A stretch of 36,505 bases of DNA from an uncultured Pseudomonadota bacterium (lineage in GTDB: Bacteria > Myxococcota_A > UBA9042 > PHBI01 > CALCNF01), in NCBI GenBank assembly GCA_937897815.1, contig CALCNF010000145.1, positions 1 through 36,505 of the forward strand. Direction: 5' to 3'. The translations under genes were made by a program, and so were the position numbers. Within the stretch, counting starts at the first letter, position 1. Each line of letters opens with the position of its first letter. Below are positions 8,882 through 16,787 of the stretch, one piece after another. Below the pieces are notes generated by a model. The model searched no databases. It worked only from the letters and a program-made list of their open reading frames with translations, and was not told where the DNA came from.

Positions 8882-9480
8882 GCCGTCCCCGTCGCCAGGG
8901 GCTCTTCAAGGAGGCCGAAGGCGCGCGCGTGCTCTTCGAGGGCCGCGCGCAGCGCCTTTCGGGCTCGAAACAGGCGTGACATCACCGTCCCGATGGGGCA
9001 GTCGACCGCCTCAGCGATCTCCCGGTAGCTCAGCCCCTGGAGGTCGCTCAGGACGACCACGGCTCGGAACTCGGGCGTCAGAGACTCCAGGGCGGAGCGG
9101 ACCGTCGGAGAGATCGACCGGTCGAGGAACCGACGCTCCGGGTTGGCCCACCGCTTGGTGGAGTCCGTGCAGTGGAAGCGGCTGCCGTGGCGGCCCTCTT
9201 TCTCTGCGGTCAGGATCTCCCGCTCCCGCTTCTTTCGTCGGCACTTGTTGATGAAGGTGTGGGTCTGAATCCGCAGGAGCCAGGCCCTGGCGTTGGTGCC
9301 TGGCTGGTATTGATGCCATCGCTCCCAGGCGCGGAGGATCGTCTCCTGGACAAGGTCCTCGGCCTCCGCGTGATTCTTCGTGAGTCTCAGGGCGCCGCCG
9401 TAGAGCGCGTCCAGGTGGACCATCGCCTCAGCGTTGAACTGCTCACGCTCTTTTCCGGTTCGTACGTTGGTCTTGCTCAT
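8878..9480 (-). CDS. ECF-type RNA polymerase sigma-70 family factor (no cognate anti-sigma adjacent)
   Basis: Region 2 is LVQETILRAWERW...ARAWLLRIQTHTFIN. Region 4 HTH is LSYREIAEAVDCPIGTVMSRLFRARKAL. Start ATG 9480 (MSKTNV) has GGAGGAG 8 nt upstream; the 264-aa track ORF start at 9672 is rejected. The stop overlaps the stop of the S8 gene within CTAG (8878-8881). Confidence 0.85.
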   Translation of the reverse strand: MSKTNVRTGKEREQFNAEAMVHLDALYGGALRLTKNHAEAEDLVQETILRAWERWHQYQPGTNARAWLLRIQTHTFINKCRRKKREREILTAEKEGRHGSRFHCTDSTKRWANPERRFLDRSISPTVRSALESLTPEFRAVVVLSDLQGLSYREIAEAVDCPIGTVMSRLFRARKALRAALEEHARAFGLLEEPLATGTA

Positions 9481-9524
9481 GGTGAATTCTCCTCCCGGTG
9501 GATCCCCCTGCATCGCTCTAGCGT

Positions 9525-9540
9525 TACAAGGGCCGTGCCA
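9525..9540 (-). promoter_or_regulatory. Sigma-54-like promoter motif (imperfect -12) upstream of the orphan ECF sigma gene
   Basis: The minus strand reads TGGCAC-ggccc-TTGTA. The -24 element is perfect, but the -12 element has T instead of the conserved C of GC. It lies about 45 nt upstream of ATG 9480. Confidence 0.3.
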
Positions 9541-9872
9541 AGTGGCTCCTGACTCCCTCGTCGCACCGGCAGATCTCCCCCCCGGATTGACGTGTCGATT
9601 GCAGCCCCCTGGGTCGAAGGGGACCTGGTGGTTTTCAGGTGCCTCACACAGGGATCGACGCACCAGAATCAAAAATGTTCTTCAACAACGAAAGAAAGGT
9701 AATTCGACAGGATGTCAGTCGCCCCGCCTCACGGCGTGCCAGGCTGGCAAACAGAGCCCTCTGAATGGGGGTGGGGACCTTGTCGCATGGGTTGAACTCT
9801 GATAGATCTTTGCGGTCTTCGCCGCAGAGGTGGCGGAGCTCCGCGCCATCACCCAGGGACTCTCTTCCCGCG

Positions 9873-11681
9873 ATGTACAAGCTCAAAATCCAGGATGACG
9901 AGGGACGCTCGACGCGCGTCCCGATGCTCAAGGATGACGTGTCCATCGGGCGTGATGAAGGGAACACGATTCGCCTCACGGATCGGAACGTCAGCCGGAA
10001 TCATGCGCGCCTGGTGCAGCGAGAGTCGAGCCTCCACCTGGTCGACCTGAGTCGCTACGGTACCCAGGTCAACGGGATGAGGATCGCCGGTGAGCACGCG
10101 CTCGAGCCCCACGACGTGATCCAGATCGGTGACTACGAGCTCAGCCTGGAGCGCGAGGGAGATCTAGGCCTTCGCGCAGACTTCGATGACTCCTCAGCGA
10201 CGTTGCAGGGCGCGCCTCCACCGGAGGAGCTGGCCCTGGTTGATCCCAAGCGCGAGCACGCGCAGTTCGGCCACGCCACGACCGTGCAGGGTAGCGACGG
10301 AAGACCGCGCTTCATGATCCTGAGCGGCGCGCTGGCCGGCACCGAGCTTGTCCTGCCCGGAGACGACGTTCGCATCGGCCGCGGCAGCGAGGCGGAGCTG
10401 CAGATCGACCATCGCTCGATCAGCCGCATTCACGCCCACGTCACGTGGGACGGTCAGCAGTGCATCCTCCTGGACACCGGGAGCTCCAACGGTGTGAAGG
10501 TGAACGGGGAGGCCTATACGCAGTCCGCCCTGCGCCGCGGGGATGTGGTGGAGCTGGGTCATATTCGACTGCGGTATCTTCTGCCGGGCGAGGTCTTCAC
10601 CTTCGATCCGGCCACCATGACCCACGATCTTGAGGCCCGTAGCAAGTCGACCTTGAAGCTCTTTGTTGCTCTCGTGGTCGTCGCTGTGCTCCTCGGGGTC
10701 TCCTGGGTGCATTTCTTCTCCAAGCCATCCGAGACGCCGCGCCGAACCGCGAGCGCGCCCGAGCTCGTCGAGCCGGCCGACAGTGCGTCGACGATGGGCC
10801 AGAAGGGCGCGGCGGCCACCGCCGCAGCTGCGGAAACGCCAGACGCCAAGCAGCTCGTGAAGAGCGCGATGGAGCACATCAAGGCGGAGCGTTGGAGCGA
10901 GGCTGTGCCCTTGTTCAGCGAGGCCCTGACCCTGGACCCGAAGAGCATCGACGCGAAGGCCGGGCTCATGCACGCGAACAACGAGCTGGTCGCGAAGAGC
11001 GCCTACACCGCGGTGAGCGATCTCTTCACCCAGGGCGACATCGAGGGGGCGCTCTCAGATGTGACCCGCCTCGACGCCATCGAGGAGACGAGCGTCTATC
11101 ACGCCCGAGCGATCGAGCTCCGGAAGGCCATCGACGCCGGCCGAATCGTGGCGCTGCTCGACGAGGGTGATCGAGCCCTGAAGGACCGGGACTACGCTGG
11201 AGCGGTCGAGCTCGCGGAGCAGGTCCTGAAGCTCAAGCCGAACAACCGCGGCGCTCTAGCGCTCCGGGCCCGCGCAGAGAAGCGGGCTGACCGTCGTGAG
11301 GAGCGCGCGGAGCGAAGGCGAGGCGAGGGCGAGCGGCGAGATGAGGGCGCCCCAGAGAAGCGGCAGCGCGCGGAGGTGCGCGAGAAGCCCGTCGAGAAGG
11401 AGCGTCCGCCCGCCGGTGACTCGGCCATGACCGCGAAGGATCTCTACAAGGCTGCGCGCAAGGTGCACAACAGCAACCCGTCCGAGGCGCTCGCTCTGTA
11501 CAAGAAGGCCGCCAAGAAGGGGTACGCTCGAGCCTGGCGCCAGATGGGCTCGCTCCACATGAAGAACGGCAACACCGCCGGCGCGGTCAAGACGTATAAG
11601 ATGTACCTCAAGCTCAGCCCGGGCGCCCCGGATTCTGAGATGATTCGCAACACGATCATTCGTCTCGGCGGCTCGCCCTGA
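9873..11681 (+). CDS. Membrane protein with two N-terminal FHA domains, one TM helix, TPR repeats, a Lys/Arg/Glu-rich linker and a Sel1/TPR-like C-terminus
   Basis: Start is ATG 9873 (MYKLKIQDDEGRS). FHA1 reads VSIGRDEGNTIRLTDRNVSRNHARL...GTQVNG. FHA2 reads VRIGRGSEAELQIDHRSISRIHAHV...SSNGVKVNGE. The TM helix is LKLFVALVVVAVLLGVSWVHFF. The charged tract is AEKRADRREERAERRRGEGERRDEG. The C-terminal motif KKAAKKGYARAWRQMGSLHMKNGN is Sel1-like. Confidence 0.85.
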   Translation: MYKLKIQDDEGRSTRVPMLKDDVSIGRDEGNTIRLTDRNVSRNHARLVQRESSLHLVDLSRYGTQVNGMRIAGEHALEPHDVIQIGDYELSLEREGDLGLRADFDDSSATLQGAPPPEELALVDPKREHAQFGHATTVQGSDGRPRFMILSGALAGTELVLPGDDVRIGRGSEAELQIDHRSISRIHAHVTWDGQQCILLDTGSSNGVKVNGEAYTQSALRRGDVVELGHIRLRYLLPGEVFTFDPATMTHDLEARSKSTLKLFVALVVVAVLLGVSWVHFFSKPSETPRRTASAPELVEPADSASTMGQKGAAATAAAAETPDAKQLVKSAMEHIKAERWSEAVPLFSEALTLDPKSIDAKAGLMHANNELVAKSAYTAVSDLFTQGDIEGALSDVTRLDAIEETSVYHARAIELRKAIDAGRIVALLDEGDRALKDRDYAGAVELAEQVLKLKPNNRGALALRARAEKRADRREERAERRRGEGERRDEGAPEKRQRAEVREKPVEKERPPAGDSAMTAKDLYKAARKVHNSNPSEALALYKKAAKKGYARAWRQMGSLHMKNGNTAGAVKTYKMYLKLSPGAPDSEMIRNTIIRLGGSP

Positions 11682-11722
11682 GCTCTGAACGAGAACGCGC
11701 CGAGGCCCTCGCCGCGTCGGTC

Positions 11723-12730
11723 ATGATGGTGGGCTTCGAGGGGGACGTCGTGCCCGCCGAGCTGCGGGATTACCTGAACGGCGGAGCGCCCTGTGGGATT
11801 GTCCTGTTCCGCCGAAACCTGCCCTCGACGATGGGCAGCGCCGCGCTCCTGCGCGCGCTCCGCGCGCTCTGGCCTTCCGGTGCTTCGACGCCCCTCTTTG
11901 CGGTCGATCAGGAGGGCGGGCGTGTCCAGCGCCTCAAGCCACCCCATTGCCCCGAGATCGCGCCCATGCCGTCGGCTGGCTCCCTCGCCGAGGCAGGAGA
12001 CGTCTTGGCGACTCAGACCTCTGGAGCCTTGGCGGGACGCCAGCTGAGCAGTCTCGGGTTCAACCTGGATTTCGCGCCGGTCCTCGACGTGGACTCCAAC
12101 CCGGACAACCCCATTATCGGGGATCGGGCCTTCGGACATGATCCTCAGACCGTCGTCCGTCACGCCCTGGCCTGGGCGCGCGGCCTGGAGTCATCGGGCG
12201 TTCTCGCCTGCGGAAAACACTTCCCCGGGCACGGCGATACCGATCAGGACAGTCACCTTACGCTGCCCAGGCTGTCCCTCGACCTCGAGCGTCTGTCCGA
12301 GATCGAGCTGCCGCCCTTCCAGGCTGCGGTCGACGCGGGCTTCGGCGCCATGATGAGCGCGCATATTGTCTTCGAGCGCCTCGACGATCAGTGGCCCGCC
12401 ACGCTCTCGGATCGGGTCCTGCCGACGCTCCTTCGTGACGGTCTCTCGTATGATGGGGTCGTGTTCTCCGATGATCTTGAGATGGCCGCGATCGACGCCC
12501 ATTACGACGCAGAGACCATCGCCCGGCAGGGGCTTTGTGCCGGAATCGACGTCTTTTTGGTCTGTCGCCGTCTTGACCGCGCCGCGGAGATCCGCGCCGC
12601 GCTCGTGGAGGCCGCGTGCTCGACGCCTGAGCTCATGGCGCGTCTTGAGCGTGCTGCGGAGCGGGTACAGACGCTCCGCGACCGCGCGACTGATCACGCC
12701 TCAAGCCCCTTCACGAGGGTCGCGGGCTGA
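11723..12730 (+). CDS. nagZ: Beta-N-acetylhexosaminidase NagZ (GH3, peptidoglycan recycling)
   Basis: MMVGFEG..., VDQEGGRVQR and KHFPGHGDTDQDSHLTLP are GH3/NagZ hallmarks. The single-domain length of 335 aa fits NagZ. Confidence 0.9.
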   Translation: MMVGFEGDVVPAELRDYLNGGAPCGIVLFRRNLPSTMGSAALLRALRALWPSGASTPLFAVDQEGGRVQRLKPPHCPEIAPMPSAGSLAEAGDVLATQTSGALAGRQLSSLGFNLDFAPVLDVDSNPDNPIIGDRAFGHDPQTVVRHALAWARGLESSGVLACGKHFPGHGDTDQDSHLTLPRLSLDLERLSEIELPPFQAAVDAGFGAMMSAHIVFERLDDQWPATLSDRVLPTLLRDGLSYDGVVFSDDLEMAAIDAHYDAETIARQGLCAGIDVFLVCRRLDRAAEIRAALVEAACSTPELMARLERAAERVQTLRDRATDHASSPFTRVAG

Positions 12731-14881
12731 TCAGCCGGCCCTCAGCGCGAACCACGCCTCGCCGACCAAGATCCCAAACAGGGCCAGGAGCGCCAAGGGC
12801 CACAGAGGCTCTCCGCGCGCGGGCGCCGCGGCGCTGACAGCGCCGGCGAGGTTGACCTGTGGCGACGGCACGTCGCTCTTGTCTCCGCTGCCGTGCAGCC
12901 GGCCCTGGAGCTCCCGCGGCTCGTAGACCGCGAGGCCGCTCTCGCCGCGGTCGACGTTCAGGCAGAAACCACGGGCGCCAAGGGGATCGTTGCGTCGCGA
13001 CAGGCTGTAGGCTCCTGCCCGCTCCAGAGGTGGGAGCTCCACCCGCTCCGGTTGGCCCGGTCGCGCGGCGCGGGCCTCGAGCTCGAGCTCCAGTCCTCGA
13101 GGCCCCGTGAGCACGACAGGGCCTGAGCCTGGCGGAGCGTCGAGGACCGTGGGGGCTCCCAGGGCCAGTGAGCCTCCATGGTCGCGGTCAAAGCGTCCGG
13201 CGAGGTACTCCACGGTTCGCTGAAGAAAGGGGACGAAGCTCGTCCTGAGGACCAGGTCGGAGCCGTCCCGGTCCAGGGATGTCGTCAGGAGCAGGATTCG
13301 ACCCTCGCCCATGGGGAGCTCAAGGAGCGCGGGCTCGCCTTGGCTCCAACGCGCCAGGATCTCGAGGCCCGGGCGCCTTTGCTCGTTGAGGAGCGCGAGC
13401 GTTCGCGCGCGGGCCCGCGTCAGCGAGCCCGACTCTTCGGAGGTGAAGGCGCGAAGGATGGGGTGGTCGCGACGTTCGATGGACAGGCCGCCATCGAGGT
13501 CACGGGAGCTGGCGTTCATGAGGCGCGTGTCTCGGCGCTTTAGACCTCGGATCGGGGTAGGGAGCAGCCCGCCGTAGGAGGCGTTGGACTGGGCGCCCAT
13601 CTGATCACCGACCGCGATCAAGAGCCCACCGCCTTCCTGAACGAACCGGCGGATCGCCAGGGCCTGGGAGTCGGCGAGCGCCCCTACGTTGGCGAGGATC
13701 AGCACGTCGGTGTGGATCAGCAGTCCGCTGGTCAGCTCGGTGGTCTGGACGTGCTCAGGGCTCCAGCGCTCACCGGTGGCCCCTCGTGCCGCGAGGCCGG
13801 CCCGAACGAAGAAGACCTCATCGAGCCAGGGCACGTTTCTCGGGGATCCGTTCACCACGGCGATGCGCAGGGCTCGGGCCTCGCTGAGCTCGAAGTGGAA
13901 CCGATCGTCGACCTTGAGAACATCCGCCTCGCTCGTGAGCTCGGCCACGCCCTGGCGCTCCCCGAGATCGACCTCCAGCGCCATATACAGATTGGCCTGC
14001 TGACTCTCCCCTGCCGGGACCTCAAGAGAGACCGCTGACACGCGCTCGCCGACACGGACGCGCACCTCGGCTTTCGCCGCCCGCTCCCCGTGGTTGGTGA
14101 TCTCGACCTCGAAACCCGTCTCACCGGAGGGGCCCGCTCCCGGAGTCGGAGTGACGCCGTCGATAGAGAGGTTCTCGCGGTTTGGGTCGATCGCGAGGGG
14201 CGCGACCTCGAGCCAGGTGGGGGCCTCTTCGGTCTGCTGGGAGACGAGGGTCGGCGCGGCCGACCAGGCGTGGTGGGCGCGATCGCTCCCGATCCAGAGG
14301 ACCTTCGCTTCATCGACGGAGTCCTCGAGGAGCCGCTCGGCTTCGTAGAGGCTTTGGCTGGGGTCGGCGCCGCGATCGCTGACCTCAAGTCGGTCCAGCA
14401 CGCGCAGGAGCTCACTCTGATCTTGGGTCAGGTCCTCTGTGAGCGCTCGCGCTGGACGACTCGTGGCGACGAGTCCGAACCGCGCGAGGGGACCGCCCGC
14501 CTCGATTCGAGCCCGCGCGGCTTCTCGCATGCGGTCAAAGAGTCGCTCTCCGCTCTCGCTCTCGGCGGCCATGGAGGCTGAGTCATCCAGGAGGAGGACG
14601 ACCGCGCTCGGCTCTCCGCTCGCGACCGCGGGCTGGGCGTCCGCCGTGGCGTAGGGCTTCGCGAGGGCGAGGACCAGGGCGGCGAGCAGCCCGACGCGCA
14701 GCGCCAGCACCAGCCACTGTTGCACGCGCAGACGCCTGGCCTGGCGCGCGTCTCCCGCCAGCAGGAACTCGATGGCCGCGAAGGGAACGACCCGCGCTCT
14801 GCGGCGCTGAATCAAATGGATCGCGACGGGGAGGCCCGCCACGAGCAGTCCCCAGAGCATGGCTGGTGTCTCAAAGCCCAT
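12731..14881 (-). CDS. BatA-like membrane protein: N-terminal double-TM aerotolerance-regulator-type domain, a VWA domain, a large C-terminal region and a C-terminal TM anchor
   Basis: Start is ATG 14881 (MGFETPAMLWGLLVAGLPVAIHLIQRRRARVVPFAAIEFLL, a BatA_N-type motif) and shares 1 nt with the stop of the upstream DUF58 gene (TGATG). The VWA MIDAS motif is VVLLLDDSASM. A GATase1-like segment reads DVLILANVGAL...FVQEGGGLLIAVGD. The C-terminal TM is LWPLALLALFGILVGEAWFAL. Confidence 0.8.
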   Translation of the reverse strand: MGFETPAMLWGLLVAGLPVAIHLIQRRRARVVPFAAIEFLLAGDARQARRLRVQQWLVLALRVGLLAALVLALAKPYATADAQPAVASGEPSAVVLLLDDSASMAAESESGERLFDRMREAARARIEAGGPLARFGLVATSRPARALTEDLTQDQSELLRVLDRLEVSDRGADPSQSLYEAERLLEDSVDEAKVLWIGSDRAHHAWSAAPTLVSQQTEEAPTWLEVAPLAIDPNRENLSIDGVTPTPGAGPSGETGFEVEITNHGERAAKAEVRVRVGERVSAVSLEVPAGESQQANLYMALEVDLGERQGVAELTSEADVLKVDDRFHFELSEARALRIAVVNGSPRNVPWLDEVFFVRAGLAARGATGERWSPEHVQTTELTSGLLIHTDVLILANVGALADSQALAIRRFVQEGGGLLIAVGDQMGAQSNASYGGLLPTPIRGLKRRDTRLMNASSRDLDGGLSIERRDHPILRAFTSEESGSLTRARARTLALLNEQRRPGLEILARWSQGEPALLELPMGEGRILLLTTSLDRDGSDLVLRTSFVPFLQRTVEYLAGRFDRDHGGSLALGAPTVLDAPPGSGPVVLTGPRGLELELEARAARPGQPERVELPPLERAGAYSLSRRNDPLGARGFCLNVDRGESGLAVYEPRELQGRLHGSGDKSDVPSPQVNLAGAVSAAAPARGEPLWPLALLALFGILVGEAWFALRAG

Positions 14882-15798
14882 CAGCGCCTCGCCCTTGGCG
14901 CCGAGGTCTCGCGTCCGACGATCCCCATGACGATCTCGATGGGCGCCGTCCGTGTGTCGACCAGCGTGGTCTTCGCGCGCGCTCTCGCGCACGCGTCCTC
15001 GACCGCCTTCAGGTGCGCCGACATACGTCGTTGATAGTGATCTCGTATGGCTCGAGGTTCGACCAGGAGCCTGTGTTGGGTCTCCAGACCGTGGAAGTCC
15101 ACCGCCTCGGTGAACGGCAGATCCAGCTCATCTCCGTCGAGGAGCTGGAGGACCGTGACCTCGTGACCCGCCGCGGTCAAACGACCCAGCGCGCGCCCCA
15201 TGGGCTCGGGATCACTGAGGCAGTCCGAGAGCACGTAGACGAGACCGCGCTTGCCGGTCAGCGCCCGAGCGCGGTCGAGGGCCTCCTCCAGCCCTGTCTC
15301 GCCCTGAGGCGCGTGCGTATCGAGGGCCTCGGTGAGCTGCCGGAGGTGTCCCATTCCGGTTCGCGGACGTATCTCAAGGCGCGGACCCTCGTCGAACAGG
15401 ACCGCGCCCAGCGCGTCCTGCTGGCGGAGCAGCAGCAGTCCGAGACAGGTGGCGATCACCGCGGCGTACTCGTACTTCGTCAGGCGCCCCTCGGCGCCGT
15501 ATCCCATGGACGCGCTCCCGTCGATCACGACGCACGCGTTCGTGTTCGTCTCGTGCTCGAACCGCTTTACAAAGTAGTGATCGAATCGAGCGACGGCGCG
15601 CCAGTCCACGTGCCTGAGCTCGTCGCCAGGCGTGTACTCCTTGTGCTCGGAGAACTCGACGCTCGCCCCTTGGTGGGCGCTCCGATGGATGCCCTGGAGT
15701 TGTCCGTGCATCACCCGGTCCGCCCGGAGCGCGCAGCCCTTGAGTCGGGCGAGTACCTCCGGACCGAGGAGCGGCTCGATGGGATCAGCGGCGCTCAA
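14881..15798 (-). CDS. DUF58 domain protein (MoxR-associated, VWA-like fold)
   Basis: GIHRSAHQGASVEFSEHKEYTPGDELRHVDWRAVARFDHYFVKRFEHE is the DUF58 signature. The TTG start at 15798 sits inside a TTGA overlap with the MoxR stop, with AAGGA 6 nt upstream. Confidence 0.85.
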   Translation of the reverse strand: MSAADPIEPLLGPEVLARLKGCALRADRVMHGQLQGIHRSAHQGASVEFSEHKEYTPGDELRHVDWRAVARFDHYFVKRFEHETNTNACVVIDGSASMGYGAEGRLTKYEYAAVIATCLGLLLLRQQDALGAVLFDEGPRLEIRPRTGMGHLRQLTEALDTHAPQGETGLEEALDRARALTGKRGLVYVLSDCLSDPEPMGRALGRLTAAGHEVTVLQLLDGDELDLPFTEAVDFHGLETQHRLLVEPRAIRDHYQRRMSAHLKAVEDACARARAKTTLVDTRTAPIEIVMGIVGRETSAPRARR

Positions 15799-16787
15799 CC
15801 GCGTCCTTCGATGACGGCGGCGATCAGGGCGTCCGCCGAGACGCCCTGAGCCTCAGCCTGGTAGGTCGTCAGGACCCGGTGTCGAAGAACAGCAGGCGCC
15901 AGGGCGGCCACGTCCTCGCGGCTCGCGTGGGGGCGCCCGTGGAGCGCGGCGCGGGCCTTCGCGGCCAGGATCAGGTGCTGGCTGGCTCGAGGGCCGGCTC
16001 CCCAGGACACGAACTTTCGCACCTCTTCTGGCGCCTCCGGTGCGTCCGGGCGGGTTCCCGTCACGATCTCGACGGCGTAGCGAACCACGTCAGGCGCCGT
16101 CACGATGGCGAGGACCGTGCGCTGGAGCTCGAGCAGCTCCTCGGCTTCGGCGATCACCTCGACGGGCGCCACGGGAGCGCTGGTCGTCCGGGCGACGATG
16201 TCGACCTCCTGGTCGAAGGACGGGTAATCGACGTGAATCGACAGCATGAAGCGGTCGAGCTGCGCCTCGGGGAGAGGGTAGGTGCCCTCCTGCTCGATGG
16301 GGTTCTGGGTGGCGAACACCAGGAACGGAGGATCCAGGCGATGGGTCGCGGCGCCCGCGGTCACCTGACGCTCGGCCATGGCCTCTAGCAGCGCCGCCTG
16401 GGTCTTCGGAGGGGTCCTGTTCACCTCGTCCGCCAGGAGAATCTGACAGAAGATAGGACCCTTCACGAAGCGGAAGGTGCGCTTACCGGTGGCCGTGTCC
16501 TCCTCCATGATCTCGGCGCCCGTCACGTCGCTGGGCATGAGATCAGGGGTGAACTGAATACGGCTAAACGACAGGCTCATGGTCTCGGCGAGGGTCGAGA
16601 TCAAGAGCGTCTTGGCCAGCCCCGGCACCCCGACAAAGAGCCCGTGCCCTCCAGCGAGAAGGGAGGTCAACATCAGCTCGATCACCTCGTCCTGTCCGAC
16701 GATTCTCTTGCGTAGCTCCGCGAGCACGCGCTCTCGGTATGCGCGCACCGCTTCCACGTGCTCGTGGCCAATCTCTTCAGCGCTCAA
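15795..16787 (-). CDS. MoxR-family AAA+ ATPase
   Basis: Walker A region is GVPGLAKTLL, Walker B is ILLADEVNRTPPKTQAALLEAM, and the MoxR-type motif FTPDLMPSDVTG is present. The TTG start at 16787 lies in a TTGA overlap with the upstream stop, with GGAGGAGG 6 nt upstream. Confidence 0.9.
   Translation of the reverse strand: MSAEEIGHEHVEAVRAYRERVLAELRKRIVGQDEVIELMLTSLLAGGHGLFVGVPGLAKTLLISTLAETMSLSFSRIQFTPDLMPSDVTGAEIMEEDTATGKRTFRFVKGPIFCQILLADEVNRTPPKTQAALLEAMAERQVTAGAATHRLDPPFLVFATQNPIEQEGTYPLPEAQLDRFMLSIHVDYPSFDQEVDIVARTTSAPVAPVEVIAEAEELLELQRTVLAIVTAPDVVRYAVEIVTGTRPDAPEAPEEVRKFVSWGAGPRASQHLILAAKARAALHGRPHASREDVAALAPAVLRHRVLTTYQAEAQGVSADALIAAVIEGRG

Noticed and set aside
9481-9672. N-terminal extensions given by the ORF track for several genes. 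Examples: ECF sigma to 9672, FHA from 9765, BatA-like to 14992, lipoprotein to 28562, S8 from 5009, photolyase from 1902, kinase from 29825, second ECF from 21574.
   Set aside because: The extensions are Arg/Gly/Pro-rich and lack an RBS. They would bury signal peptides or lipoboxes internally, or would overlap upstream genes. Internal starts with Shine-Dalgarno motifs and proper N-terminal features are more plausible. The exact starts remain unverified.
11678-11722. Possible upstream non-canonical (CTG) start for nagZ overlapping the FHA gene stop
   Set aside because: Comparison from memory with E. coli NagZ (MGPVMLDVEG...) shows that the conserved core begins within a few residues of the ATG at 11723. 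No extension is therefore needed.
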